Assembly (NCBI GenBank): GCA_964276515.1 | Contig: OZ193909.1 | Location: forward strand, 7,192,001 to 7,256,000 | Origin: Gordius albopunctatus | Taxonomy: Eukaryota | DNA length: 64,000 nt | Reading direction: 5' to 3' | Shown here: piece after piece, positions 1 to 13,070 of the stretch | Layout of the letters: each line of letters begins with the position of its first letter | Numbering within the stretch: position 1 is the first letter of the stretch | Program-made: the position numbers and the translations under genes | The notes under the pieces: model-generated | Told to the model about the DNA's origin: nothing | The model's input: the letters and a program-made list of their open reading frames with translations, nothing else | Databases searched by the model: none

Positions 1-614
1 TCTACTTAACTAAGACAATGAAAATAACAGATGGGAATTACCCATTCAATCATAGACTGCTCATGCCATATGTTTTATATGGTAAGATCTTTACAGTTTA
101 ATCCACCATTTTGAATTGGACAATCTCCCATATCTTTTTTTATTGTACCCCATTGTTCAAAAGCGAATTTGCCTTTCATATTAGTTCATCAATAAAAAAA
201 ATTTATTTTAAATATTTAATAAAATGCAGATGGCACTAAATGACTTTAGCATCACCTTATTACAATATTTATTATTTTCATGAATGGTTTACATGATATA
301 TATTTTACAATGCTGTTTTTAATGTTTAACTAGTTTAATATTTTTCATTGCGTTTCATGTACACTTTATTATACCAAAATCAGTATAATTTATATAACCT
401 TTCCTTATTTGTGCACATTTAAAAATGGCAGAAAAAGGGTATACTTATTTAACTTTTATGAGCAGTCTAACTAGTCTATGCGTTCAACACACATTATACA
501 TCCTTCTCACTATAGTAATTTGGTTCTGAAACTCTCCGTATTGTCTCGAAAACTATTCGCCTAATCACTTTCTTTGTTTTCCCCTTCGCGTTCTGATTTA
601 CCCTTTTCGCGTTA

Positions 615-1562
615 TTACTTTTTTCGGGCCTCTTGTAGGATAAATATGATAATCTTCGGTAATAAAGAATCCCTTAGTTTAAAATATAAATATATTTGAT
701 CTGTGTTAGTAATTTCCCTTTAATCCTTCTTTTTATTAATTCTTTTAATCAATAGTATTCAATAGATATTTTTACAATCTAAAAGTCAGATCTCTAACTT
801 TTTAACACCTAAAGAGGATTTTGATTGAGAAGTAGATGCTTATTGCCGAGTTTATACGTCCAGGCACAACATCCATAATTCGACCGCTTGATATGAAAAT
901 TATTAGAACTTTTAAAAAGATAGTTGTTTATCATATACTTACCTACATAGATTTTGAAAGTTAAATTATTTTTTATAAATAATATCTTGTTTTGGCTAAC
1001 ACTAGGTAAAGGTTAACACCTTGTCTAAAACCCGCTATTATAACGCACTGCAAAATAATGACAGTTTGGATTAAAATTCTACAACATAAAGCTAAATCAC
1101 CTTCCACAATCAACGCACAGTTTATCTGCAACCCATGCAATGCGACAAATTAACAAGGATCCCCACCTGACTTTTAAAAAAGGCGTTTAGGAACATTAGT
1201 TTTGAATAGGATCCTTATAGATGTTGTAATGTGGCCACGTTAAGGGAAAAAGCATTTAGGTTGCAAAACTACTAAAAAGGAAGAAATACACATAGCCTGT
1301 CTACGAGAGACTTGTAGAACTAAACGTCGGGAGTAAGAGAGAAATAATGGCTAAAGTCCAGCGGGGGACGAAATGGTAAAAACGCTTTCGTCGGTATCGT
1401 GCTACTGTACGAGTACCGCAAACTAAATAATTACCAAATCTAATTAATGTCATAGGCGATATTTAAAATTAGAGACTATGTTAAATTTAGAAATTTTGAT
1501 ATGGAAGAAGAAAAGAAGTTATGGTTTGGGTCAATTTCACATATAATGCTACCTGTAATCAT
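615..1562 (-). CDS. Candidate small multi-exon gene (about 110 aa) of unknown function
   Basis: Phase-compatible GT-AG exon chain (1562-1553, 1422-1305, 1166-1101, 886-809, about 673-615) giving MITVCGTRTVARYRRKRFYHFVPRWTLAIISLLLPTFSSTSLSWGSLLICRIAWVADKLCVDCGS...; exons are more GC-rich than the flanks. No family recognised and the 3' exons are uncertain. Confidence 0.25.
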
Positions 1563-2105
1563 TGTGAAGGTTTTTTATATAACAAACATAAATTGGCTAA
1601 AATAATTATTAATTTTTTTAGAGATAAGGCTATTTTATTCTTTTGTTAGTCTTTATTATTCTTAAATTCAATCTTATTTCTATGAATAAATTTTTTGAAA
1701 TGTATTAATAAATTAATGCGATTTTTAGTTTAGAGAAACTTGAAATATAATCGAATCGAATTCGAATCCTTATTTTAATATTTGACGAATCTCTAATCAA
1801 ATATTTAAAAAAAACAAAATTTTGAATACCAATAATATTAGCGTCCGAAATCCATAGGCATACTAATTAATCTAACAAAAATGTTAAAATATTAATGAAA
1901 CGTTTGTTTAATAAATTGTAGCTATTTTTTTAAATCAAACATTTAAATTTATTTTTAATTATTGAAGAAATTACATGTGAATTGATACAAATAAAATTAG
2001 AAAATAAGAATTATTAATCGATGTGGTTGAATACTTAGTTCCCTTTTAAAGCACTAACATACGTGCAGTAAATAATTACAATATTAAGAAAAAGGACAAT
2101 CTTAA

Positions 2106-2905
2106 CCCTCGAGAGCATTCCTGAAAATGCCGAATGCGAGAGCATTCGTGGGGTATATTTGGCCCGATTTTCTAACTTCTTATAACTATCGATCGAACTA
2201 TTAATTGAAATTATCTCAGATTTTGAATATATGTTTGTAAAAGACTTTTAATTGATGGTATAAATTTTGACAAATAATCAAACAATATTACAAAAATTAT
2301 TAACATTTTTCTGAAGTAATATTTTTTTAATTTCAATTCCTCGCCTCATTTTACCTCTTAACATCATATACTATAAAATGAATCAAAATTAAATGATTTT
2401 TCATTAAAAGAAAGTCGGAAATGCATGAAAAATATAATTGCACAAACATATGATAAAAAAATTCCAATAGCTATTTGTCACACTAAGGTGGTCAGCTTCT
2501 TTAGATAATTGGATAAGGGGTGATGCTCGGCTATCCAGGCCTGACAGCCGTGGTGACGATGTGATTTTTTATCTTTTTTGAAATAAGTTCCAGAGGCGGG
2601 ATTGAACCTGCGAGCTCTTGCATCAAAGACTAAACCTCTACCCACTACACCACCACGCCCCGCACAAACATATTATGATATAAAAAAATACAAACTATTC
2701 ATGGGGTACACAGGACCCCTGTGGCTAAAAAGATGCTATATTTTAAAAAGTACTGGGCCAAAAGTTATAAAAATTTCCCCAAATTTAGGTCTTGTTAAAA
2801 TATTAGACTACTGAAAAGGCCAGATCAATTCGTCCTTAAAAGCGTTTTATATTTAAGTTTATAACTATCGTGGGGTCGGTGGTGTCCCACGAGTGCTCTC
2901 GAGGA
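2106..2905. mobile_element. Non-autonomous piggyBac-type element (MITE)
   Basis: TTAA|CCCTCGAGAGCATTC ... GAGTGCTCTCGAGGA|TTGA: inverted termini starting CCC, with a TTAA target site (degenerate on the right). Confidence 0.75.
2589..2660 (-). pseudogene. tRNA-like sequence (pseudo-tRNA or SINE head, possibly Gln-TTG derived) inside the piggyBac MITE
   Basis: Minus strand has an A-box TGGTGTAGTGG, a B-box GGTTCAATCC and a CT-TTG-AT loop; the acceptor stem does not pair well. Confidence 0.5.
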
Positions 2906-3343
2906 TTGAGAAGTTTTGTTTGCCCTATCAAGAAATGCGTTTAAATTTGCATAGTTTATTTGGACTTACTGTTTATCGCTTTTCAGACCTTGTTTATAAT
3001 TTTTGACTAATTTTATCAAATTATAATCGATATATTCAATATTAAAAAATTTGTATTTATGTATTTACTCAGTTTTTAAATATAGCTAATCCAAATTAGA
3101 ATAGATTTAAAGTAGTTTTTTTGAATAATTAAACTAATTGAACACAAATTTTTTTAATGACTTTTCCTAAAGTCTTCTTTTGATTAATAAAGGGCGCGTG
3201 TTAACCTATATAATACTAGGAGTGTGCAGAGTATGAAAATACTTCACGAAGTATTAAGGTCATCACTAAATAAGTTAAATCGATGAAACAGATTGAGGTA
3301 TTCCGGTTAACTTGAAGGCGATATGATGATTTTGAACACTTAA

Positions 3344-6300
3344 ATGCAGCTGAGAATTCTCATTCCCTTTTTAATTATCTTACAAATATCATTGATCCCA
3401 GTGGGGTAAGTTTTAACAACAAATTAATCTATTTTCGATTATTTTATAATTGCAAATATTTTACATTTAAATTTTTTTATTAAGCTCACAATTCTGTTTA
3501 TACTTGTTACTAAACTCTTTTTGGGCTCAGAATTTGTTGTAACATTTTGTACGGTAATATGGAAGCGATGCGGTAAGTCGACTTTTGAGAGGGAGGATAT
3601 AATATGTTTAACAATATAATTACTAGCAGGACAGGTTTTTTGGAGGGAAATCGACTATCAGACATTATGATCAAAAATAGCATGTTCTTGGATTATGTAG
3701 ATTTACATGGGCACAGTCAATATGAATCCGAGGATAGGGCATAAAATAATAATTTAGGAACAGACAGATGACAATTTTTTAATCATAAATTAAGTATTAA
3801 TGTTTAGAAGGGAGAGGGGTATATTGGCTTAATTTTATATAATCATAAATTGACTGAATATAAAAGCTGGCCGGGCAATCCAATTTAAAAAAATATAATG
3901 TCGACAAACAATAGTTGCATTGGTGCTGATATTCGGTTTTTTTAAACCTTTTTAACAATATTTAATAAATTGTGATTGATGAGCACTGGTTCCCATATTT
4001 TTCAGCTATCGCCCCCTAATAATGAAAAGGGCCTTCGTCCCCTAAAACAAGCCACATATGAATTTCTTTTATATCATAGTAGATGAACCCGGCAAAGGTT
4101 GTTTTGCCATTTACCCGGGTGTATTAAATTATGTTGGAATTTTAGGGCATATATGATGATAAAGCGGTTATTGAAGTAAAAATAAAGTTTGATATCTATA
4201 TGTTCTACTTCTATTGTTCTATTTACGTATAATAGATTAAGAATATATCAAATATAATTGGTAACTGTTTATTATGCAAAATTTTTTAAACAAATAGTTA
4301 AAGAGGGTCCAAGGCCCAGGCCCACCCAAGAGAGAAAACCTGGCCCCATGCCCCCCCCCAAGGGAAAAATCTTTGGCCCCTTGGCCCTTCAAGCAATTTT
4401 TTTTTAATTTTTTGTAATTGAGAAACAATATCATAATTATAATTATTTGTTTCTGAATAAAACTTTTAATTCTAAACTTAATAATTTCCGAAGAACTGAG
4501 ATATATCTACATTTATTGGCACTTTGTTAAAAGTATTTTCATTTTTATCCTTATTTAACGCGCAAAAAATTATAAAATGAAATTTTTTAATTTATTTAGC
4601 CACGCAGGATGGGACACGACCGTCCTATAATAATAATTGACGTGAAAAATAAGCAAAAAAATGACTTTGATTTAATGTTTCAAATCGTGAAAAGTATACA
4701 TTTTCCGCAGCACATGCCTACATTTATCACACTACACTACCTACACGCATGAAGGTCTAGAAAATACTATAAGTGATACACTTTTATTAAAGCATTGTAC
4801 ATTCAAATTTTTAAAGAACACGATAGATATGCAGTACGTCATGAGGTTGCGTTTGATTGATATTTTATTAAACGTCAAAACGTATAAAACAAACTCGAAA
4901 ACTACTTGACCGATTTGGCTTGAACAAATCTTAAAACATGCACCGGACTCCGGAGCGTGGGGAATAAACTGTGAAATTTTTATCCAAATCGGTCTGGTAG
5001 TTTTCCAAAATTGGTGGCGGCATACACACACACACATACAGACACACATACATAGTTTCATTTTTATATATAAGATTGCCTACAATAAAAACGTACCAAG
5101 CACTTATTGCCACAAAAGTTAAGAAATTAAATTGGCACCGTACCATTGAGATGGATGAGCCTAAAGAATATAAGCACGTTTTTGGTTGTAGGTCTCGATA
5201 TATTAGGAAGAACTAGCCTAAAATGGCCTTGCAATACAAAGTCTATATTATTTTAGGCATGTGGAGGAATAGAGGGAAAAAGCTTGTTTAACAGAAAAGC
5301 ACATTTTGATTCCTCCTTTGATTTAGTCAATTAATTCTTCGATTGAGGGAAGTAGATTGGCGATTTGCAAACTAAATTTAACAGTCATATCATGTATTTT
5401 TAAGGTATATAAGCAGCTCTAAAACCTTTCATTTAAATTTAAACGCAACTATTACCTAATAACAGGTTAAACGGAGCATAATTGTATTCCAATCTTATTA
5501 GTTGCCCATTACAATTATTCTTTATGTTTTTACAATAAGCATAATTAAAAGACAATTTGGAGCATTGATAGTAGATTTAAAACTCATTATTTTGGAAGAT
5601 CATAGAGAGGAAATAAAATCAACTAAGTATAAAATAAATTAATTTAAAAAAGCTAAATTATTAAATTTGCGTTAAAATTTTATAATAGTCAGAAGTCTTT
5701 AATAAATCGACATTTATTTATACCGCTAGGTTTTAGTTTTGATTATTTAGGTACAAGATCAGATCAGTTATCTCCGACCTCTAAAAACAGGTAAAATAAA
5801 AGATTTTCTTATAAAGTGTTGGACAAATTATACACTGGTCAACAAATAATGGACTTGTGAAATTAAACTGCGAACTATTTGTAGATTCTGGTAGAGATTT
5901 TCACTGTGAACACAAATATGTTTTTAGTTTTTTCTCTATACGTCAAGTATCCAAAACGCGATTTTAGCGTTTTTCAAACGTCAATAACTTGCAAATTAAT
6001 CGGTAAAAATTTTGTTTAATAGATTTAATTCGTAGATATATGGGAGAGGAACGTATTTATAATTTTTTTTTATCCTAACACATTTACTTTTTAAATTATA
6101 TACAAAATTAATTATCCCTATCTTTTACATTGACAAATTACACCAGATTTGAGGGCGCCCTCCCTTCTCTTCAACTAGAGTTGTTATATTGCTAACTTTC
6201 TTCAACTTCAGCTACCATCTGCTCGAGTTTCTGCTCGGCTCTCGAGCATTTTTTTATGCTACTGCTCTGCCTAGTGCACCAAAAGCGAGCACATATTGTG

Positions 6301-9300
6301 CTAACGCGCATATTAAGCAACTCAGTGTGTGTGCTCGCGTCTGGAGTTTGAAGAAAGTTAGCAATTTAACAACTCTATCTTCAACACTAGGAATTAAGTG
6401 CGTGTTGTTGTTTATGTTGTTGTTTATATACTCTACTACTACTATTACCAAAACAACAACTAAAAACATATTTGTGTTCACCGTGAAAAACCCTAAAAGA
6501 ATCTTCAAATAATTCGCAGGTTAATTTTTCTTGTTGAACCGTGTTATTTGTGGGGAAGGGAGCTTACGAATATTTTATCCGTCTCAGCCAATATTGAGGC
6601 CAGAAAAGCTTAACCCACAGAACTTAAAATTTGATCAAATTATTATATTTTAGATACTGACAAGTAATAAAGGTCGTTGCATCCTCACTTTTCAACTTCT
6701 ATCTATCCGATGAATTTAAAGTTGGACAGGTCCGGGCATCATTAAGATTCTGGAAATTCGGGCTTAATGACATTTAGATATTCAATAAATTTAATTTTCT
6801 CATATATGACTAGGCCACATCTTAATTTTTTCTTCATATAATGACTTATCTCAGCATCGTTAAATGATGAACAAAAAATTAAATTTTGACTTATAGCGGA
6901 GCAGCTATCCATGTTATTTTCAAATTTTATTTTTTTCTAATATTTTAAAAATTCATCAATTCTGGGAATTTTTTAGAAAGCAAATAGTCGTAATTTTTTT
7001 AAATATACTTAGTTTCTTTAAACTATGCTACAATAATCATGTTTAACGTAAACGTTTGATCTTAGGGTAGGGTTTGAAATGTGCGCTCCCTTTAATAGGC
7101 CAAAAATTTGCTTATACAGTCAAAACCGTTTAATTGCAAAGCCTTGGGCCTCAAAAAAATCGCGATTAACCGATATTTCGCGATTAAACGATGAAAAAGA
7201 GAAAATATTAAATATATAAAGACGTATAGTAAATATTCATTTCTCACGCTTCGCAATAAAACGATATTTAATATAATTGTATGGTTGATTTAAGGACTCG
7301 AAAATGTTTGTGAATATCTGATATTGTACTATTAAGCGATTTGTCAATAAACGATGTTTCTGTTAATATTATCGTTTGAAACAAAAACAAAATGGCGGTT
7401 AACTTCGCGATTAGAAGATTTCGCGATAATCCGATTTCCGATTAAGAAGTTTCGACTGTACCATCGAATTGTTTAGTCATAAACCCCGTCTCACGAGAAA
7501 ATTTATTTAATATCCTAACATTAGCCTTTTTAATAAAAATCAAACCTAACAGGGCTATCGGATTAATTTTGGTTAACTTTTTTATACTAGCTAATTACAG
7601 GGAAATGTTAACTAAATTCATATTTTGCGAAAATTTATGGTAAGTTTATTCCGAGCGTTAAAAATTATAGTTTTTTAAACTCAAATATCCGGGTCAAACT
7701 CAAAATTAGTTTGTAGTTCAAAAAGTGATATTTAAGTCCAACAGGAAACCTTGGGTTTCTAAACAGACCACTTTTGGTTTTATCCTTCATTATTTCCCTA
7801 TATCACCTGTAAATACTTACACATATAAATGTTTGTCCAAAATCGATTTAAAACAAATTTGTTTGTTTGCGTAGGATAAATGCACTTACATGTCCGTGCT
7901 GGAGTAAACCAGTTAAAGAACGATGCTTAGATCAAGCAGAGCCAACAAATTGTCGTCGAGGATTGGTTTGGGATATATGCTATTGCTGCAAAGTTTGTGG
8001 AAAGGTAAGAGAATGAACTCTCAAAATTGCATTATGTTTGCGCCATTAACCATTGATATATTAATTAACGCTAGTTAACTACTAATATTGGTCTTGTGTC
8101 TTGTGAATTCAATTAAGAAACTTTCAAAAAATTTTTATATTGTTTCTGTAGTAAATACGAATGCGCTCTATGTGTCAAATTACACGGTTCAACAAGAAAA
8201 ATCAACCGGCAAACGGTTTGCAGATTCTGGTAGAGTTTTTCACGGTGAACACAAATATGTTTTTAGTTTTTCCCCTATACGTCAAGTTTTTAAATATTCG
8301 CTGTCAAAATTTCCAAAAATGTGATTTTAGCGTTTTTCAAACGTGAATAACTTGCAAATTAATGGGTAAAAATTTTGTTTAATAGATTTAATTCTTAGAT
8401 ATATGGGAGAGTAATGTATTCACAATTTTTTTTATCCTATCACATTTACTTTTTACACTTAATTCCTAGTGTTGAAGAAAAGGGAGGGCGACGTCAAGTC
8501 TGGGGTAATTTGTCAATGTAAAAGATAGGGATAGTTAATTTTGTATATAATTTAAAAAGTAAATGTGCTAGGATAAAAAAAATTGTGAATACGTTCCTCT
8601 CCCATATATCTACGAATTATATCTATTAAACAAAATCTTTACCCATTAATTTGCAAGTTATTGACGTTTGAAAAACGCTAAAATCGCGTTTTGGAAACTT
8701 TGACAGCAAATATTTAAAAAACTTGACGTATAGGGAAAAAACTAAAAACATATTTGTGTTCACAGTGAAAAACTCTACCAGAATCTGCAAATAGTTCGCA
8801 GGTTGATTTTACAAGTCCATTATTTGTTGACCAGTGTTATTCAAATTAATAGGTTTAAAGTGGCGAAAATAAGTGGTGTTTTTATCCCTTTTAAAGCCGT
8901 AAAGCATTTATGTTTTATAACTATTAGAAGGTAAAGATCATTATTCTACCTTTATAATTCTTAATGTATATTCAAAATTAAATCAATCAATCATATCACA
9001 AAATCGACTCAGATATTCGTTCTCCCACCCTAGACAAATAAATTGCCTAATACTGTTTATTTTTTTACTTGGCGGGGAGATGAGACTTGTGATTAAATTT
9101 CTTTTTTCCCGTCATGGGCTTATATTGAAATTAAAATTTTGGCATTAAGATATTGCCTATGCAAATGCTATAAGGGTTAGAAGAGTGGGAAGGATTAGTT
9201 GGGTTTCGAAACCACATGAACATTATGATCGGATTTATCTTTAACCCTCCAATGTACTTATAGAAATCCCAACCCTAAAGTGACTTATGGGGTTTGTAGG

Positions 9301-10853
9301 ACCCCATTCTTAAAATGATCATAATTTTAAAACCAATAGAGTAACACGTCTCAAATTTTAAATATAAGTTTATTAAAGCCTCTTATAGATTTGTAAAAAA
9401 ATAATTTAATTATAAATAGTAATTCTAAAATTATATGCAATTTACCAAACACAAAGGAAATGGATAAAAATCAAAATGACATGTTTTATTTTTGTAATGG
9501 AAACCAAACAGTTAGTAGAAATATAAAAAGAAAATGTTTTTTTATTAAAAAAAGGTTTGAATAATATAAAAAACATGCATTCATGATAAAATAATTATAC
9601 AGGAAAAAAATAGAAGACTCTAAAAAATGGTCATTTTTTTCGCATTTTTCGCGGCAATCTTCGCAAGATATTATAGTGTGATCAACACAGACAGGGTTTT
9701 GACACCTATTGCACGAAAATCTTGTTTTCTTATCCCGATTCCGGGGGCAGCTAGAACATCTTTGTTTCTTAAGAGGTTTTACTTCCTTTTTATCTTGAAT
9801 GTTAAACAATCGTTTTATAAAATCTCTGGAATCTCTGTGTAACTGCTTATTGGTCAACCTGTTGAGCATATGTAGGTGGGAGAGTTCTTTGGCCAACATT
9901 TTTATAAATTTTTGCTTGAAATACGATTTTGATGATTAAATTGATAAATAATCATGGAATTTATGGTTGCTATATTGAGCAAGGTAAAAAAAACAGTAAG
10001 GGGCCAGCGATTTGAAACCCTTGCAACGTTATATGCATGCTGCACAAAGTTTATCCACTATATCAACTCCTCCTTTGGTCATGTTGTAAAATGTAATTAT
10101 TTCTGGAAGGGGTGAAGCGTATTAGTTGCTATGCACTTTATGGGCTCGCTCTTGGTCGTCCTTTCCTACCCGTCCGTCCGTTCGTCCAACTCATGGGCGT
10201 AGCCAAGGGGGTCGGGGGGCGGCTTCCCCCCCCCTAAATCCAAAAATTGGTTGAAATTTATTAAAATTAGGGCTAACATTTCGAAAAATGTTCATTTTGC
10301 TCCTCCCTAAATTATTATTGCCCCCCTCTAATTCCAAAGCTGGCTACACCCATGGTCCAACTTGTAATTTTTTAATAATTGCCGTGGAAGCTTATACGGT
10401 TTTTTAATGGCTGTGGATCTAAGTATTTTGCTTTCGCAAATCGACTAGCTAATGACCGCTGGTTAGCTTTAATTTTTTTTTGAACTCCGAAATTCCATTT
10501 TTGTTTTTGTGCCTAAGTAATTTAAACTTATTTTCTATCGAAACAATAAACATGTTTAACATGGATTTATAAAACCCTTGATAAATATTACTTTCTATGT
10601 AATATTCAGAATAAATTAAAATTGATTAATAATTTATATACCTTTAACCCTTGATAATTATTACTTTCTATGTAATATTCAGAATAAATTAAAATTAATT
10701 AATAATTTATATACCTTTTAGGATTTTGAAGAATCATGCGGAGGAATATTTCAGATACACGGGAGATGTGGTAAAGGATTGATGTGTCAACTTAATAAAA
10801 TTAACGAGCAAAAGGGAGGAGTCTGCGTTTTGATGGTCGATAAAGTATTTTAA
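3344..10853 (+). CDS. Secreted single insulin-like growth factor binding (IB/IGFBP N-terminal) domain protein, isoform A (exons 3344-3405, 7875-8004, 10722-10853)
   Basis: Spliced product: signal peptide MQLRILIPFLIILQISLIPVG-INA, then LTCPCWSKPVKERCLDQAEPTNCRRGLVWDICYCCKVCGK|DFEESCGGIFQIHGRCGKGLMCQLNKINEQKGGVCVLMVDKVF*. 12 Cys in the IB pattern (DxCxCCxVC...ESCGG...GxCxxGLxC). GT-AG sites are phase-compatible; AATAAA at 10863. Confidence 0.85.
4079..5075 (-). mobile_element. Non-autonomous Helitron
   Basis: Minus strand starts A|TCTTATATATAAAAATG followed by a TG-rich microsatellite. It ends with the hairpin GGCAAA-acaacc-TTTGCC then GGGTTCATCTAC|T (degenerate CTAG). Both ends resemble the autonomous Helitron at 54825-60783. 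Confidence 0.7.
5833..6543. mobile_element. MITE with CAC termini (Chapaev3/CMC-like), copy 1
   Basis: CACTGGTCAACAA ... TTGTTGAACCGTG; homologous to 8183-8836 in the opposite orientation; flanked by ATA/TTA. Confidence 0.65.
6176..6377. mobile_element. hAT-type MITE nested in the previous MITE
   Basis: TIR TAGAGTTGTTA(T/A)ATTGCTAACTTTC with a perfect 8-bp TSD TCTTCAAC; the sister copy near 8470 shows the empty site. Confidence 0.9.
7117..7458. mobile_element. Tc1/mariner (pogo/Tigger-like) MITE
   Basis: TA|CAGTCAAAAC ... GTTTCGACTG|TA with an imperfect TIR of about 24 bp. Confidence 0.7.
8183..8836. mobile_element. MITE with CAC termini and long internal inverted repeats (Chapaev3/CMC-like), copy 2
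   Basis: TTA|CACGGTTCAACAA ... TTGTTGACCAGTG|TTA with a 3-bp TTA duplication; arms of about 270 bp are inverted. Confidence 0.7.
9245..10115 (-). mobile_element. 5'-truncated piggyBac transposon with a transposase C-terminal remnant
   Basis: TTAA|CCCTCC terminus. Minus strand gives PEIITFYNMTKGGVDIVDKLC...RWPLTVFF and the Cys-rich domain RCSSCPRNRDKKTRFSCNRCQNPVCVDH; frameshifted. Confidence 0.9.
10124..10191 (+). mobile_element. 5' end of a DINE-1/Helentron-associated element
   Basis: TTGCTATGCAcTTTATGGGC subterminal motif followed by a (CCGT)n microsatellite; same family as 53585-61395. The 3' extent is unresolved. Confidence 0.55.
10192..10354. mobile_element. hAT-type MITE (CATGGGCGTAGCC family)
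   Basis: TIR CATGGG(C/T)GTAGCCA with a perfect 8-bp TSD GTCCAACT. Relatives at about 23236, 28020-28080, 34285-34428 and 63658-63822. Confidence 0.9.
10574..10718 (+). repeat. Tandem duplication of about 72 bp immediately upstream of the exon A acceptor
   Basis: Two near-identical copies of aacccttgataa...tttatataccttt. Confidence 0.9.
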
Positions 10854-10928
10854 ATCAAAGAGAATAAAAAGATGGATTTGATTAAAATAATTGTATTCAT
10901 CTTCTACAAATATTTACTCGTTATTTAG

Positions 10929-11045
10929 AAATTGGGGGAAAGTTGTGGACCCGATTATCAACAAGGAAATTGTGAACCCAAGCTTACGTGTATTAAAGAA
11001 GAGCCATGGTCAATGGGAAGATGCGAAAATTTGCAAAATTATTAG
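10929..11045 (+). CDS. Alternative terminal exon B of the IB-domain gene
   Basis: Phase-0 acceptor ttatttag|; encodes KLGESCGPDYQQGNCEPKLTCIKEEPWSMGRCENLQNY*, a paralogous 4-Cys C-terminal half of the IB domain. Confidence 0.75.
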   Translation, partial: KLGESCGPDYQQGNCEPKLTCIKEEPWSMGRCENLQNY

Positions 11046-11320
11046 ATTTTTATTATTTTCGACTTATGTACACATATGTTAATTGTTGGAGAGCAAAATG
11101 GCTTAAATTTAATTAATGACGCACAATTAAATTCATTAAAGAATGTCAAATGAATGCAAACTCTTTTAAAGTATGGAGTAAATAGCATGATTAAACCCAA
11201 AATTAATGTTTACCATGGCTAAATACTATATATGTTATTACGCTGTTTATTTAATTAAATAAAATTATATAGCTCAGTAAGGCTTACGCATTTCAGTTCG
11301 TTTGTTTCCTATGAAAATAG

Positions 11321-12095
11321 CACAGGTCTATAAATATTGACTTTGTAATTCCATCTTTTAAATAAACGAGATCGAACGTGAAAAAATGCCCATTTTCATC
11401 TCTTTTGAGGCTATATTGCCACGGCATTTTTAATTTATATATAAAAAAATAATTTACTCTTGTAGATTAAAGTTTCATCTATAGGTCCATTATTTTAATA
11501 TTTTGTTTCACCTCTATTTAAATTTATTCGCATTTACGTGAACTCTTTGTCCTTATTAAAATTTGTCCTTCCATGTCTAGAAAACGGACTACATTAGAGT
11601 ACATACTACACACGCGGTGTTTACCAACACATTAGTCTCTTCCTTGCTCCTTTTTTCCCACTCCCGAACCCATATCAATCTAAGTTCACATGAAGGGGGG
11701 GGGGAGTGGAGGAGAAAGATAGGAGAGTAAGTGAAGGGAGAGAGATGTGTTAGTACATAGCGTACGCAGTATGTACTCTAATGTACTCGGTCTTCCAACC
11801 ATAGAAATTCGAATTCTAATATGGGAAAGGGGTTCACTTAAATGCGAATAAATTTAAATAAAGATTCAAAACAAAAAACTAAAATAATGGAGGTACTGCT
11901 ATTGATCTACAGGAATTAATTAATATGACGGGAATACCGCCTCAAAAAAGGTTAAATTGGCATTTTTTGCACCTTCAACCACGTTTATTTAAAAATTATT
12001 TTTGGGGAAAACAGATTATTGTTCAGCGCAAAATTCTCTATTAAAAATATAAGTCTATAGGTAGAATTGGAAGATAATTGTTTTGTAGACCTGTG
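11321..12095. mobile_element. Foldback MITE with CACAGGTCTA termini
   Basis: CACAGGTCTA ... TAGACCTGTG plus several internal inverted blocks, for example tttaaatttattcgcattta / taaatgcgaataaatttaaa and acattagagtacatact / agtatgtactctaatgt. Confidence 0.7.
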
Positions 12096-12539
12096 TAATT
12101 AACAGGGTGCAACAATAGTAAAATTTGTATCCTTGCTCTGATCGACCAATATATAAAAGTGTCTATCTAATTAAATTATCTGATTAATTAAAATATAGAT
12201 GAATATGTAATAAAAGGAGAAATTAAATAAGTGTTAATAGTAATTAATTGAAGCAAACATAAAAATACAAAAAACAATATATTGAAAAATGAACATTAAG
12301 GTGTCCATCATTAATTCATTGCTCAATCAGTTTTTTACCTCGAATTAATTTGCGACCAACTTTTAAAATTAATTTAAAATCATAAGACTTATTAGATTTC
12401 TGCAAACATTTAAAAACATTACCATATTATAGTAATTTGAATACCCAATTATATATTTTATTCAACGGGATATGTGTTATTAAAAATGTTAAAAGTTATT
12501 TACTACATTTCTTCTCTCTTCGTTAAAAATCCCTAAATT

Positions 12540-13070
12540 TGCTATAGGTGTACGCGGTGCCTTGCCTAATCGGCTCTCTCTTTAAAGCGTACCTTAGGAT
12601 TTTCTTGGTATGTTTATGACGTCATGCGGCGTTGGTTTCTTTGAATTGATTCGATTAAATTCTTCTACATCTTCAACTGTTTAATCCTGGTCTTGTATCT
12701 CCCGATATGGTGAACTTGATCTCACCTCTCTATATTCCCTGATTTACCTTCTCGTCGTATTTATAACCCTAGCTTTTTTTGTGAAAACGCCTATTTACCT
12801 CCCCAAATGTTTACCTTGATTTTCCACACTGCATGACCACACATTCTATTCAGACTGATTGCGTTTCCTTTCCTCCATACTGGTTTAACTTCCTTTCTTA
12901 TCCAAACTGGATCATTATTGTCGTATATACGACTTAATCGAGTCCCCCAACCCCATCCCGTAATACATTAACCTTAATATCGCGTATCTTTCGTTGTTTT
13001 ACCTCGGCATTAGCGGCCAATGTACCACTTATCCCTTTTGATCTTACTCGCAAGAATTTATAAAACTATC
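12540..13070 (-). pseudogene. Decayed Gypsy-like integrase C-terminal fragment
   Basis: Minus strand RIYDNNDPVWIRKEVKPVWRKG...GHAVWKIKV resembles the post-catalytic region of Gypsy integrases; many stops. Confidence 0.4.
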
